NCBI GenBank assembly: GCA_963842085.1
Contig: CAWJET010000001.1
Coordinates: 768,001-832,000 of the forward strand
Direction of reading: 5' to 3'
Source of the DNA: an uncultured delta proteobacterium
GTDB lineage: Bacteria; Desulfobacterota; Binatia; Binatales; Binataceae
DNA: 64,000 bases
Positions 18,763 to 29,601 of the stretch are shown one piece after another. Made by a program: the position numbers and the translations under genes. The notes beneath the pieces were generated by a model, which saw nothing but the letters and a program-made list of their open reading frames with translations, did no database searches and had not been told where the DNA came from. How positions within the stretch are numbered: the stretch's first letter is position 1; each line of letters starts with the position of its first letter.

Positions 18763-19440
18763 ATGGCCGTACAAATCTACAGCATGACGTCGGTGGCCGA
18801 CGCGCTCGCGACGGCAGACGCAGGAGCCGATCTGATAGGCCTGGTCATCGCCGAGCCCGGCGTCGTTCCCGAAGCAATCGGCGCCGGCCTGGCCCGCGAA
18901 ATTCTCGGCGCGATCCGCCCGCGCTCGCGCGGTGTGGCACTGTCGCTCTCCGACGATCGCGACGAGATTTGCGCGATGGTTGACGCCGTCCGCCCCGACG
19001 TCCTGCACGTGGTCGCGCGCGAGATCGAGCCCGAAGACTGCGCCTGGATTCGCAAACGCGTAGCGCCCGTCATGCTCCTGCGCGCGATTGCCGTGCGCGC
19101 CGGCGAAACCCTGACCGAGGCCGACGCGCATCAGGACTGCGTCGATTACCTGATGCTCGATTCAGGCGCCAAAGGCCGGCCGTTTGCCGGCGCCACCGGC
19201 GAGACTCACGATTGGTCAATCAGCCGCACCGTGGTCGAGCGCTCGCGCATCCCGGTGATCCTCGCCGGCGGGCTCTCCGCCGACAACGTCGCCGACGCGA
19301 TCGCCACCGTCAGGCCGTGGGGCGTCGACTCGTTCACGCACACCGACCTTCCGGGCCATCGCGGGAAAAAGGATCCGGCGCGCGTGCGCGCATTCGTCGC
19401 CGCCGCCAAGCGCGCGTTCGCGGAAAATCTGAAAGGCTAA
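18763..19440 (+). CDS. trpF: Phosphoribosylanthranilate isomerase (TrpF)-like TIM barrel, divergent
   Basis: GAD.IG, LMLDS, GATGETHDW, ILAGGL..DNV..AI..VRPWGVDS, KKD..RV..F. The N-terminal KICG motif is replaced by QIYS. Confidence 0.7.
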   Translation: MAVQIYSMTSVADALATADAGADLIGLVIAEPGVVPEAIGAGLAREILGAIRPRSRGVALSLSDDRDEICAMVDAVRPDVLHVVAREIEPEDCAWIRKRVAPVMLLRAIAVRAGETLTEADAHQDCVDYLMLDSGAKGRPFAGATGETHDWSISRTVVERSRIPVILAGGLSADNVADAIATVRPWGVDSFTHTDLPGHRGKKDPARVRAFVAAAKRAFAENLKG

Positions 19441-20912
19441 CGAGCGGCGTTGCGCGCGAGCAGCGCGGCGGCCTCCTTTTCGACGCGCGTGCCCTTGAAA
19501 AAATTCGGGTTCGCGTCGCCCCAGAAGCGTACCGGGTTGACGAACATGAAATCGCGGAAGTCGTCCTCCGTGATCAGCTCGTGCTCGACCAGCTCGTACG
19601 CCTCCGGCACGACGTCCTTCATGTCCGGCACGTCGAAATGCCCGATGTCCGAGCCGAACAGCACGTTGAGCTTCGCGCCGTACGGATTCGCCTTGCGATT
19701 GAACGCGTATGCATTGGTCGGATCGTCGGCTTCGCAGCCGAAATAAAAATTATCGACGAACAAATCGCGGATGTCTTCCGCTCGCTTGATCTTGCAAGCG
19801 GCAAAATCGTCGAGCTCGCGAATTCCGCCGGTCGCGCGGCTTTGATCGGGTTCGAGAATCGTCTCGACGCTGCCCGCCTTCTGCTCGATTTTGCCCGCGA
19901 CCCACTTTCCGCCATACTCGAGGATCAGTTGCGTCAGCATCTCACGATTCAGGTTGGCGGGGTTCGTATCTTCGAGCGCTTCGCGATTGCGCTTCTTCCA
20001 ATGACCGATCAAATCGCAGTAAAGCCCGCAAGCCCATCCGACTCCGCCTTCGAGGAACCCCATCTTGAGTTGCGGAAACCGGCGCGTCACGCCCCCTAAG
20101 AAAATCGCCTTGCATACCGCTTCGCTCGCCGCGGCGAAATGCCCGATGTGGTTGTAAACGAAATTGGTCGGCGAATTGCGCAATCCAACGCCGCGTGAAC
20201 CGGAATGAAATGTCGGCGAGATTCCCAACTCGACGCATTTCGCCCACACCGGATCGTAGTTGTACTCGCTGTCGAGCCCGAGCATGTCGAACCACGTCGC
20301 GAATCGCGCCGCGTCGGGCGTCTTCGCGGCCACCGCCGGTATCTGGCGGCGCACCATGCTCGCCATCATCACGACCTTCAGCCCGAGTTCCTTCACCACG
20401 TACTCGAGTTCCGCACACGCCTCCTCGGGAGTATGCATCGGGATCACCGCGGCGGGCGTAATGCAGTCGGAAAATTCTCAGAAAAATTCCGCGATGAACC
20501 GGTTGAACGCGCGGCACGTCGTGCGCCGCGTTTCGTCGTCGGGATGGAACGGCACACCCAGCCCTGCGGTCGGATACAACACGGTGAAATCCATGCCGAA
20601 TTCGTCGAGCCTTTCGTAGAGCAGCCGCGGCAAAATCTCGGTCGCGCGATCGCGAGTGTTCTTCGTCGGCAGCGCCCAGAATGCTTCCTGCGCGCGGCGC
20701 TTGAGCTTGCGTTCTTCCTCCGAGGCCGTCAGTTGCTTCGACACCCGGCCGTTGAACGCGCGAAATCCCTCGACGGCGCGGCTGCCGCCGAATTTTTTCA
20801 ACTGCTCGACGATGATCGGCCCGAACTCCAGCCAATGCCCGTCGGCGTCGATCACCGGATGCTTGAGACTCGCGCGAATCCGCTGCGCCTCTGACTTGCT
20901 CCCGCTGGACAT
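19437..20912 (-). pseudogene. Amidohydrolase (Amidohydro_2) family gene interrupted by a single in-frame TGA at 20480-20478
   Basis: ORFs 20478-20912 and 19437-20447 share one frame: ...IAEFF*EFSDCITPAAVIPMH...; IDADGH, FLEGG and FGSDIGH motifs lie on both sides of the stop. Confidence 0.8.
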
Positions 20913-21106
20913 CGCTGCGCCTCCAATTTTATTTCCGAAGCTTAGTATCGAAGCCGCGCCGCCGCCAAGCGCTACTCGGCAGCGCCGCCGCAGTTTGCGC
21001 GCTGCACCAAAGCCTCTAGGCTCACACGCGCCGACAGTCTAAAATTCATTCCTTTCCAGAAAGCACAAAGGTCCGTTCCACCCGGCGCGATTTCCCGGGA
21101 GGCAAA

Positions 21107-22271
21107 GTGATCCCGCTTCGCTACAACTTGCGCAGCCTGATGGTTCGCCGCGCTACCGCCGCGATGACGGCGTCGGTCATCGCGCTGGTCGTGATGCTGC
21201 TGTTCATCTTGTCGGGCTTCGTCGCCGGCCTGCGCGCGACCGTGATGCAAAACGCGCTCCCCGACAACTGGATCGTGCTCAGCCGCGGCACCACCGACGA
21301 GGGCGGCAGCTTCATTTCGCACGAGCAATACGAGATCATCAAAAGCCGCCCGCAAATCGCGACGACTGCCGACGGCCAGGCGCTCGTCTCGCCCGAGGTG
21401 ATCACCGGCTTCAATCCCGTGCCCGACGCGCCCCCTTCGCGCGCGATATTCACGCTGCTTCGCGGCGTCTATCCAATCGCCTACCAGGTCCATCGCGCGA
21501 TGCGCTTGCAGAGCGGGCGCTGGCCAAAATCGCGGCACGCCCGAGATGGTCGTCGGCTGTAAGCTGGCCGCGCGTTTTCCCAATCTCGCGGTTGGGAGCG
21601 ATTTCAAATTCGGACCGCGGGTCTTCAAAATTGTCGGTATTTTTTCCGATCGGGACAGCGCGCGCGAGTCCGAAGTGCTGACCGACCTCGGTATTCTGAC
21701 CCAGGATATCCACGTCGCTAACGGCTTCCAGGTGCTTCACGTCGTGCTCAAGCCGGGCACGCAAGACGACTTCGCCAAGTCGCTGACCACCGATTCGCGG
21801 CTCAAGGTCGATACGATGTCGGAGCAGGAGTTTTACGCGAAGCAAACCGGGTTCGTCGATCAGCTGCGCGCGCTCGGCCTGATCGTTGCTCTCGTTCTCG
21901 CCATCGGCTCAATGTTCGGCGCGATGAACACGATGTATTCCGCGGTTGCGCGCCGCACCGGCGAAATCGGCGTGCTGCGAGTGCTGGGCTTCAGCCGCTT
22001 CAACGTGCTCGCCAGTTTCGTAATCGAGAGCGTCGTGCTCGCGCTCGCCGGCGGCGTGCTCGGCGAGATCCTCGGCGTGCTGGTCGCGTATTCGACCGGA
22101 CTCAGCAGCCAACTGATGAACGTCGGCGAGTTCATCTTCAGGTTTCGGCTGACGCTGGGCGCGTTCGTGTCGGGGATGATCGCCGCAATTCTGATCGGAG
22201 CGCTCGGCGGATTCCTGCCCGCATGGCGCGCCTCGCGCATCGGAATAATCGAATCGCTGCGCTCGGTCTGA
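21107..22271 (+). pseudogene. ABC transporter permease (MacB/FtsX family), +1 frameshift at A-run 21526-21529
   Basis: Removing one A from TGGCCAAAATCGC gives the continuous GRWPNRGTPEMVVG. The C-terminal half has MNTMYSAVARRT.EIG.LR.LGF. May be a sequencing error. Confidence 0.8.
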
Positions 22272-22282
22272 ATGGGAGCATC

Positions 22283-23443
22283 ATGTTCAACTGGATAAAA
22301 TTGATCGAGCGCAACATGCGCCGGAATTTGCGCCGCACCATCCTGACTATTCTCACCATCGCGCTGGCCACTTTCATCTACACCGTGCTCGTGTCGGTGC
22401 CGGCCTCGATGGATCGCGTCGTCAAGGACGCCTCGGGCACGCTCCGCCTCATCATCAACAACAAAACCGCGCCGTGGGAGGATCTGCCGGCGCGCTACTG
22501 CGACGACATCAACAAGATGCCCGGCGTCGCCGCGTGCGTGGCGATCACCGGATGGCCCGCGACGTGGCGCGACGTCAGCGATCCGGTGTTCGCCGTCGGC
22601 GCCGGGCCGGAAATAGCCGACGTGTATCCCGACTACGCGCTGACCGGCCAACAGCGCGAGGCGGCCGCGAAAGACAAGCGCGCCGCCGTCGTCGGCGAAA
22701 TTCTAATTCGCAAATACGGCTGGAAGATTGGCGAGACCGTCACGCTACGCAGTACCGACGCCGACCACATGGAAATGACCTTCATCATCGTCGGTCAGAT
22801 GAAGTCCAAGCGCTATCCCAACATCTTTCTCATTCGCCGCGACTACATGATGGCGACGCGCAAAGCGCACGGGCTGCCCGACGAGGACATCGCCTGGAAC
22901 ATCATCGTGCGCGCCACCAGCGCCGACGCGATGGCCACACTCGCCAAACAGATCGACGAGCACTTCGCCAATTCTGACGCCGAAACACGCACCATGACCG
23001 AAAGCGACGCGCTCTCTTCCGGCCTCTCCGCCATCGGCAACATCCGCGCGATCGTCTTCGCGCTATGCCTCGTAGTCTTGCTGACGGTCCTGCTCATAGC
23101 AGCCAACTCGACTGTCATGATGGTGCGCGAGCAAATCAGCGACGTTGCCGTGATGCGGGCGCTAGGCTTCGGTCGCGGCGCCGTCGCGTTCCTGCTGTTC
23201 GGCGAATGCGCCGCGATAGGACTCCTGGGTGGAATCATCGGCGCCCTCCCCGCACTCTGGATGTTCTCCGGCGGCATCACCTTAGGCGCCGCGCTAGGCG
23301 GCAACGGCGCCCTATGGGTAACCCCCGCTCAAACCCTGAACGCAATAATAGCCGCCCTGGCCGTAAGCATAGTAAGCGGCATAGTCCCAATAGTAGAAGC
23401 AGTCCGCCTTCCGCCCGCGCTGGCCTTTCGCAAAGTAGTTTAG
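22283..23443 (+). CDS. ABC transporter permease (MacB/FtsX family)
   Basis: RN.RRN.RRT.LT, ID..FANS.AET.T.TE, AN...M.VRE...VAVMRALGF; four TM segments. Confidence 0.9.
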   Translation: MFNWIKLIERNMRRNLRRTILTILTIALATFIYTVLVSVPASMDRVVKDASGTLRLIINNKTAPWEDLPARYCDDINKMPGVAACVAITGWPATWRDVSDPVFAVGAGPEIADVYPDYALTGQQREAAAKDKRAAVVGEILIRKYGWKIGETVTLRSTDADHMEMTFIIVGQMKSKRYPNIFLIRRDYMMATRKAHGLPDEDIAWNIIVRATSADAMATLAKQIDEHFANSDAETRTMTESDALSSGLSAIGNIRAIVFALCLVVLLTVLLIAANSTVMMVREQISDVAVMRALGFGRGAVAFLLFGECAAIGLLGGIIGALPALWMFSGGITLGAALGGNGALWVTPAQTLNAIIAALAVSIVSGIVPIVEAVRLPPALAFRKVV

Positions 23444-23462
23444 AATCGATACGGTAAGTCCG

Positions 23463-24119
23463 ATGACGCCAGACGCGCGATACATACTCATCTTCGTGGT
23501 GGTGGGAGTTCAGGTCGGTTTGACTGTTCTCGGCATGGGCGGGCTTGCGTTCTTTTACGCACACACGGCGCTGATAGCGCTCGCGATCGTGGGCGGCGTG
23601 ATGCTGGTCGCGTCGCTGTTCACCGAAGGAAATCTGAGCTCGGGTGAGCGCGAGGATCGTGGCAACCGCTGGGTACTTGCAGCGTTTGGAGTGATCCTGC
23701 TGCTCATCTCCTATCTTCCGGCCTACACGGATCGGATGGACTTTCTGACGATCGACGGCGAAACCGTTCGATGGATTGGCGTGGTGCTTTTCACCGTCGG
23801 CTGCACGCTGCGCTTGTGGCCGGTGTTCGTGCTCGGCCGGCGGTTCAGCGGGCTGGTCGCGATACAGCAGGGCCACACGCTGGTGACGAATGGGATCTAT
23901 GGCGTTATTCGCAATCCCAGCTACCTGGGATTGCTACTCAGCGTGCTGGGATTCGTGCTGGCCTTTCGTTCACTGGTCGGCGTTCTGATAGCAGCCATTC
24001 TGGTACCACCGCTGGTGGCGCGCATACACGCGGAAGAGGCTATGCTGCGCTCGCAGTTCGGCGCGGAATTCGACACTTACTGCGCGCGCACCTACCGCCT
24101 GATCCCCGGCGTATACTAA
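23463..24119 (+). CDS. Isoprenylcysteine carboxylmethyltransferase family membrane protein
   Basis: LG..FS..V.IQ.GH.LVT.G.Y..IRNPSY.G, RI..EE..L..QFG.E...Y...T.RLIP.VY. Confidence 0.9.
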   Translation: MTPDARYILIFVVVGVQVGLTVLGMGGLAFFYAHTALIALAIVGGVMLVASLFTEGNLSSGEREDRGNRWVLAAFGVILLLISYLPAYTDRMDFLTIDGETVRWIGVVLFTVGCTLRLWPVFVLGRRFSGLVAIQQGHTLVTNGIYGVIRNPSYLGLLLSVLGFVLAFRSLVGVLIAAILVPPLVARIHAEEAMLRSQFGAEFDTYCARTYRLIPGVY

Positions 24120-24994
24120 ATCGTGTCGGACACGCCGGGGATGAACAGCGGTTCCATCGCGTACCGCTCGACGTCGGCCTCCATCTCCGCGCGCGCCGGC
24201 GCGGTGGCTTTCGCGCTCGCCGCATCCAGGATATCGCGCAGGAGCGTCGCGTCGCTCGACGTATTCAGGAACAGCCCCGGCCGGCTCAGCACGAAATGCA
24301 CGCCGCGGCGGATCGCGTCGCGGTCGCGCAGCGGCTCGTACCAGCTGAATTTTGGGCCGTCGCCATTTTGCCAGCGCCGCCGCGCCACCGACTTGATCGT
24401 CTGCGTCGCGACACCGCGCTCGCGGCAGACTTTAAGCAGCGCCTCGACGTCTTCTGCATACGACCTGATATCCAGCATGGTGAAGTTGTACGGAAACAGC
24501 ACCGAGTCGAATGCGAAGCGCTCCAGGCTGCGGCGATGCATCGCGGCTATCTGCGAACCGTGACCCGTGACTCCGATGAACCGCACCAGTCCCTGGGTCC
24601 GCGCTTCGACCAACGCTTCCAGCGCGCCGCCCCCTCCCAGCGCCGTCGTCCATTCATTCTCAGCCGCCAGGTTGTGCATCTGGATCAGGTCCACCTGATC
24701 GACGCGCAGCCGTTCGAGCGAGCGATGGAGACTGTCGCGCGCGCCTTGATACGTGCGGTCGCCAGTCTTGGTGGCGAGAAAAAACCGCTTGCGATGCTCC
24801 CGCATCCACGGTCCGATCCGCAATTCCGAGTCGCCGTACGACGCCGCCGTATCTATATGATTGATGCCGTATTCGAGCAGCACTTCGAGCACCGCGTCGG
24901 CCTTGTCCTGCTTCATTCCGCCCAGTGCGGCGGCGCCGAAAATAGCGCGCGTGCTCTGATGCCCGGTTTTACCGAATGGACTCGTCTCGATCAC
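24116..24994 (-). CDS. Aldo/keto reductase
   Basis: GINHIDTAASYG, FLATK, SLERL..D.VDLIQMH, RFIGVTGH. Confidence 0.92.
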   Translation of the reverse strand: MIETSPFGKTGHQSTRAIFGAAALGGMKQDKADAVLEVLLEYGINHIDTAASYGDSELRIGPWMREHRKRFFLATKTGDRTYQGARDSLHRSLERLRVDQVDLIQMHNLAAENEWTTALGGGGALEALVEARTQGLVRFIGVTGHGSQIAAMHRRSLERFAFDSVLFPYNFTMLDIRSYAEDVEALLKVCRERGVATQTIKSVARRRWQNGDGPKFSWYEPLRDRDAIRRGVHFVLSRPGLFLNTSSDATLLRDILDAASAKATAPARAEMEADVERYAMEPLFIPGVSDTI

Positions 24995-25138
24995 GACGTC
25001 ACCTCGCGTGTTTCTGTGAGCCCAATCTTACCCCGTCGCCGAACATTATTCACGAACGGATAATCGACGCGTAATCTCGCAAAACTCTTGCGCTTGCTCT
25101 ATGTACATGGAGAAATCGATCGTGAGGAACAAAATTAG

Positions 25139-25702
25139 ATGGGGCCAACAGGCAAAGCGATTTTTCTGACCAAGGGCGTCGGCAGGCATCGCGAGAAGCT
25201 CACCTCCTTCGAGCTCGCGCTGCGCGATGCGCGCATCGCCGAGTTCAATCTCGTTCGCGTCAGCTCAATCTTTCCTCCCGGCTGCAAGGTCGTTTCAATC
25301 CAGGACGGGCTGAAGAGCCTGACCCCCGGACAGATTGTTTATACCGTCATGTACGACAACTCGACCGACGAACCGCATCGCCTGATCGCCACCTCGGTCG
25401 GCCTCGCGATTCCCGCCGACAAGGATCAGTACGGCTACCTGTCTGAGCACAAGAGCTTCGGGCAGACCGACGAGAAGGCCGGCGACTACGCCGAGGATCT
25501 CGCCGCCACGATGCTCGCGACGGCGCTCGGGGTGGACTTCGACCCCAACGTCAGCTACGACGAACGCAAGGACGTGTGGAAGCTATCGGATAAAATTGTG
25601 CAGACGCGAAACATCACGCAATCCGCCATCGGCGATCGCGACGGCCTGTGGACCACCGTCGTCACCGCCGCGGTATTCGTAAATCTGCCGACGGATAAAT
25701 AG
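25139..25702 (+). CDS. pdaD: Pyruvoyl-dependent arginine decarboxylase
   Basis: L.SFE.ALRDA.I..FNLV.VSSI.PP (Ser-Ser self-cleavage site), YGYLSEH, AEDLAA.ML. Confidence 0.88.
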   Translation: MGPTGKAIFLTKGVGRHREKLTSFELALRDARIAEFNLVRVSSIFPPGCKVVSIQDGLKSLTPGQIVYTVMYDNSTDEPHRLIATSVGLAIPADKDQYGYLSEHKSFGQTDEKAGDYAEDLAATMLATALGVDFDPNVSYDERKDVWKLSDKIVQTRNITQSAIGDRDGLWTTVVTAAVFVNLPTDK

Positions 25703-25707
25703 CGACG

Positions 25708-26160
25708 ATGGATATCAACGACCTCGAAAAGCGTATCGCGGTTCTCGAAGACATCGAGGCAATCAAGAAACTCAAAGCCCGCTACTGCGCGATCTGCGAC
25801 GACAATCACGATCCGGCGAAAATCACCGCGCTGTTTGCGCCCGACGGCGTCTGGGAGGGCGCCGGCGTCGGGCGACATCAGAGGCACGATGCGATCCGCA
25901 AACTGTTCCAGGGCTTCCAGGAACGAATCAGCTTCTCGCAGCATAACGTCATGAATCCGATCATCGATGTCCACGGCGAGCGCGCCACCGGCATCTGGTA
26001 CTTCATCGGCCCGTTCACCATGCGCAGCGGAAATCGCGCGATGTGGCTGGGCGCGCGCTACGAAGACGACTACGTTAAGCTCGACGGCGAATGGAAGTTC
26101 ATGCACCTGCGCGCAATCGGCCGGATGTCGGCGCCGTACGAAAAAGGCTGGGCCAAGTAA
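25708..26160 (+). CDS. NTF2-like/SnoaL_4 protein (LinA/BaiE/scytalone dehydratase-like)
   Basis: LEDIEAIK.LKARY...D, LF.PDG.W, H...NP.I.V.G..A.G.W, Y.D.Y....GEWKF. Confidence 0.85.
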   Translation: MDINDLEKRIAVLEDIEAIKKLKARYCAICDDNHDPAKITALFAPDGVWEGAGVGRHQRHDAIRKLFQGFQERISFSQHNVMNPIIDVHGERATGIWYFIGPFTMRSGNRAMWLGARYEDDYVKLDGEWKFMHLRAIGRMSAPYEKGWAK

Positions 26161-26164
26161 GTTC

Positions 26165-27031
26165 CTATTTCGAGCTGAACAGCTCGAGCCGCGAACCAAC
26201 CACTTTCTTCACCGCCTCGACCGCCGGCCCCAGGATCTTGTACGGCGCCACCTCGTTTGCCTCCGCCGCCAGCCCCGCTTCGACTCCCCGTCGCCATGCC
26301 AGCCGCAGTTCCGTGTTGACGTGGACGATGGTCATGCCGGCCCTGATCGCGCGCTTGAAGTCGTCGTCGTTGGTGCCCGACCCGCCGTGCAGCGTCATGA
26401 AGATTTTCGCCGCCGCCTTTATCTCGGCGATCCGCTCGATGTTCAGCCGCTTCTGGACGTTGCCGTGGACCATGCTCGCGAGCATTCCGTGCATGTTGCC
26501 GACGGCCGGCGCCAGCACGTCGACTTTGGTGGCGCCGACGAATTGTTTCGCCTCGTCAGGAGTCGTCAGGACTCCGACACCCTCCGGGACCTTGTCGATC
26601 ACGGCCGACGACGCGCCGATCCAGCCGATTTCGCCCTCGACAAGAATTGCAGGGTTGATCGATTTGATCGCCTCGATCGCTTTCTTCGTCTGCGCGATGT
26701 TTTCCTCGAGCGGGAGCGCCGAGCCGTCGAAGATGATTTCGTCGAAGCCGGCTTTCGCCGCGGCCTCGGCTTTGGCGATCGAGTGCGTGTGGTCGGCATT
26801 CAGAAAAATCGGATAGTCGTACTCGTCGCGAACCGCCTTCACCAGCGCCGCGGCCTGACGGACGCCGGTGAATTCGCGCTCGCCCTCGGACACGCCGACC
26901 ATCACCGGCAACTTCCTGTCGCGCGCGGCGGCGACGATCGCGTTGAACGAGACCAGTTCCGAAAAATTGAAATGACCGACGGCGACCTTGTCCGCCTCCG
27001 CCCCCTTCAACACTTCTCGCAGCGATGTCAT
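26165..27031 (-). CDS. fba: Class II fructose-bisphosphate aldolase
   Basis: NADHT, FDGS, VEGEIG, LAPAVGNMHG, LHGGSG, HVNTE. Confidence 0.88.
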   Translation of the reverse strand: MTSLREVLKGAEADKVAVGHFNFSELVSFNAIVAAARDRKLPVMVGVSEGEREFTGVRQAAALVKAVRDEYDYPIFLNADHTHSIAKAEAAAKAGFDEIIFDGSALPLEENIAQTKKAIEAIKSINPAILVEGEIGWIGASSAVIDKVPEGVGVLTTPDEAKQFVGATKVDVLAPAVGNMHGMLASMVHGNVQKRLNIERIAEIKAAAKIFMTLHGGSGTNDDDFKRAIRAGMTIVHVNTELRLAWRRGVEAGLAAEANEVAPYKILGPAVEAVKKVVGSRLELFSSK

Positions 27032-27033
27032 GT

Positions 27034-28569
27034 TCAGGTTTCTCTCCATTTGCGGCCGTCGCGTTGGAGCAACTCGTCCGCTGTGCGCGGCCCCCACGAC
27101 CCGGCTGCATAGTCGGGGAAGTCGTTGGCTGGACTGGCTTTCCATGCGGCCAGGATCGGATCGACCACGCGCCATCCGGCGTCCACGGTGTCGGCGCGCT
27201 GGAACAGAGTAGGGTCGCCGATCATGCAATCCAGCAGCAGCGTCTCGTAGCCGATGCTCGGCGCCGCGCCGAAGTAGTCGGCGTATTTGAAATTCATATC
27301 GACGCCGCCCAGCCTGACCACCGGTCCGGGAATCTTGGCGCTGAAGCTTAGCGAGATGCCCTCGTTCGGCTGAATGTGCAACACCAACTCATTCTGCTCG
27401 AGGCGCCTGACGCCAGTCTGCCGGAAGAGCAACGCCGGCGGCGCCTTGAACTTGATCGCGATTTCCGTAACGCGCTTCGCCATCCGCTTTCCCGTGCGCA
27501 GGTAGAAGGGCACGCCGGCCCACCGCCAGTTGTCGATCGCGAGCTTCATCGCCACGTAACTCTCGGTACCGGACTTGGGATCGACCTGCGGCTCCAAGCG
27601 ATAGCCCGCTACTTGCTTGCCGTCCAGGGTGCCGGGTCCATACTGGCCCCGCACCGCCCATTTTGGAACGTCGTCCGGATTGAGCGGGCGGATTGCGCGC
27701 AGCACCTTGGTCTTCTCGTCGCGCACCGGCTCGGAGTCGAACGAATTGGGCGGTTCCATCGCGGTCAGCGAGACCAGCGCCAGGATGTGATTCGGCACCA
27801 TGTCGCGCAGCGCGCCGGTCGACTCATAAAACGCGCCGCGATGCTCGACGCCGACGGTCTCCGCCACCGTGATTTGCACGTGGTCGATATAACTGTTGTT
27901 CCACAGCGGTTCGAAGATGCCGTTGCCGAAGCGAAACGCCATGATGTTTTGAACGGTTTCTTTGCCGAGATAGTGATCGATTCGAAAGGTCTGATCCTCG
28001 CGGATGCATGCGCCGATCTCGCGATTGAGCGCATTCGCCGATTCCAAATCGTGGCCGAACGGCTTCTCAACGATCACTCTTCGCCAATGCCCGTCGGTTT
28101 CTTTGGTGAGTCCCGCCCTCGCCAGTTGCTTGACGATCTCGCCGAAAAAACTCGGCGATACCGCGGTGTAGAACAGGTAATTTCCCGGCGTCCCATGCGT
28201 CCTGTCTGCCGACTCGAGCTCCGACTTGAGGCTCGTGTAGGTCGCCGGATCCTTGAAGTCGCCCGACATGTAGGAGATGCGCTGGTCGAACCATTTCCAT
28301 AGCTCGGACCTGACCGTGGTTGTCGCGAACTGTTTGATCTCGTCGCCGAGCTGCTTGCGGAAATCTTCGGAGCTCATCTTCACGTTGCTGACGCCGACGA
28401 TGGCGAACCTGTCCGGCAGCAGTTTGTTGGCGAGCAGATTATACAGCGAAGGCATCAATAGCCGCTTGGTCAAGTCGCCGGTCGCGCCGAAGATGACGAA
28501 CACGCATGGATCGCCGGAATGCACGCGAACAGCTTTGTTGGCTGCGTTCTTTGGCGCTGAGGTCGCCAT
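27034..28569 (-). CDS. zwf: Glucose-6-phosphate 1-dehydrogenase
   Basis: [34 protein letters not shown]. Confidence 0.97.
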   Translation of the reverse strand: MATSAPKNAANKAVRVHSGDPCVFVIFGATGDLTKRLLMPSLYNLLANKLLPDRFAIVGVSNVKMSSEDFRKQLGDEIKQFATTTVRSELWKWFDQRISYMSGDFKDPATYTSLKSELESADRTHGTPGNYLFYTAVSPSFFGEIVKQLARAGLTKETDGHWRRVIVEKPFGHDLESANALNREIGACIREDQTFRIDHYLGKETVQNIMAFRFGNGIFEPLWNNSYIDHVQITVAETVGVEHRGAFYESTGALRDMVPNHILALVSLTAMEPPNSFDSEPVRDEKTKVLRAIRPLNPDDVPKWAVRGQYGPGTLDGKQVAGYRLEPQVDPKSGTESYVAMKLAIDNWRWAGVPFYLRTGKRMAKRVTEIAIKFKAPPALLFRQTGVRRLEQNELVLHIQPNEGISLSFSAKIPGPVVRLGGVDMNFKYADYFGAAPSIGYETLLLDCMIGDPTLFQRADTVDAGWRVVDPILAAWKASPANDFPDYAAGSWGPRTADELLQRDGRKWRET

Positions 28570-28581
28570 CGGAACTACCTG

Positions 28582-29601
28582 CTAGGCTTTCTTCTCCACG
28601 TGTCCGCCGAATTCGTAGCGCATCGCCGACAGCAGCTTGTCGGCGAAGTCAGCCGCACCGCGCGAGCCGAAGCGCTCGTAGAGCGCGGCGGTGAGCACGT
28701 GCGCCGGGACGCCCTCGTCAATCGCCGCGTCGATCGTCCAGCGGCCTTCGCCCGAGTCCGATACGCGCCCCGCAAATTTCTTCAACTCCGGATCGCCCAG
28801 GAGAGCGTCGGCGGTCAGGTCCAGCAGCCACGACGCGATCACGCTGCCGCGCCGCCATACCTCGGCGATGTCGGTTAGATTGAAGTCGTACTGGTACAGT
28901 TTTGGATTGCGCAGCGGCGTGGTCTCCGCGTCGACCGCGTGGGTCTGTTTGCCGACGTTGGCGTTTTTCAGAATGTTCATCCCCTCCGCATACGCCGCCA
29001 TGATTCCGTACTCGATCCCGTTGTGAACCATTTTCACGAAGTGGCCCGCGCCGTTCGGTCCGCAATGCAGATAGCCGTGCTCGGCGGTGCTGCCCTTCAC
29101 CTTCTCGCGGCCGGGAGTGCGCGGCGCGGAATCGATCGGTGGCGCGAGCGTCGCAAAAATCGAGTCGAGATGCTTGACGACTTGCGGCTCGCCGCCGATC
29201 ATCTGGCAAAATCCACGCTCGAGTCCGAAAACGCCGCCGCTGGTCCCCGAATCGACGTAGTGAATCCCCTTCGACGCGAGGGACTCGGCGCGGCGGATGT
29301 CGTCGATGTAATACGAGTTGCCGCCGTCAACGATGATGTCGCCGCGCTGGAACCGGCTCGATAGGTCGGCGACCGTCTGCTCGACAACGGCCGCCGGCAC
29401 CATCATCCATGCCACTCGCGGCAGTTTGAGCTTGGCGGCAAAGTCGTCGAGACTCGACGCACCGATGACGCCCTTCTCCTTGGCCAATTCCTGGACCGCG
29501 GCGGCGCTCACGTCAAACACGACGCATTCGTGACCGGCATGGATCAGGCGCCGCACCATATTCGCACCCATTCGGCCGAGGCCGACCATTCCCATTTGCA
29601 T
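28582..29601 (-). CDS. gnd: 6-phosphogluconate dehydrogenase (decarboxylating, short YqeC type)
   Basis: GLGRMG, DGGNS, TSGG, GAGHFVKMVHNGIEYG, SDSGEGRW, RYEFGGH. Confidence 0.96.
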   Translation of the reverse strand: MQMGMVGLGRMGANMVRRLIHAGHECVVFDVSAAAVQELAKEKGVIGASSLDDFAAKLKLPRVAWMMVPAAVVEQTVADLSSRFQRGDIIVDGGNSYYIDDIRRAESLASKGIHYVDSGTSGGVFGLERGFCQMIGGEPQVVKHLDSIFATLAPPIDSAPRTPGREKVKGSTAEHGYLHCGPNGAGHFVKMVHNGIEYGIMAAYAEGMNILKNANVGKQTHAVDAETTPLRNPKLYQYDFNLTDIAEVWRRGSVIASWLLDLTADALLGDPELKKFAGRVSDSGEGRWTIDAAIDEGVPAHVLTAALYERFGSRGAADFADKLLSAMRYEFGGHVEKKA

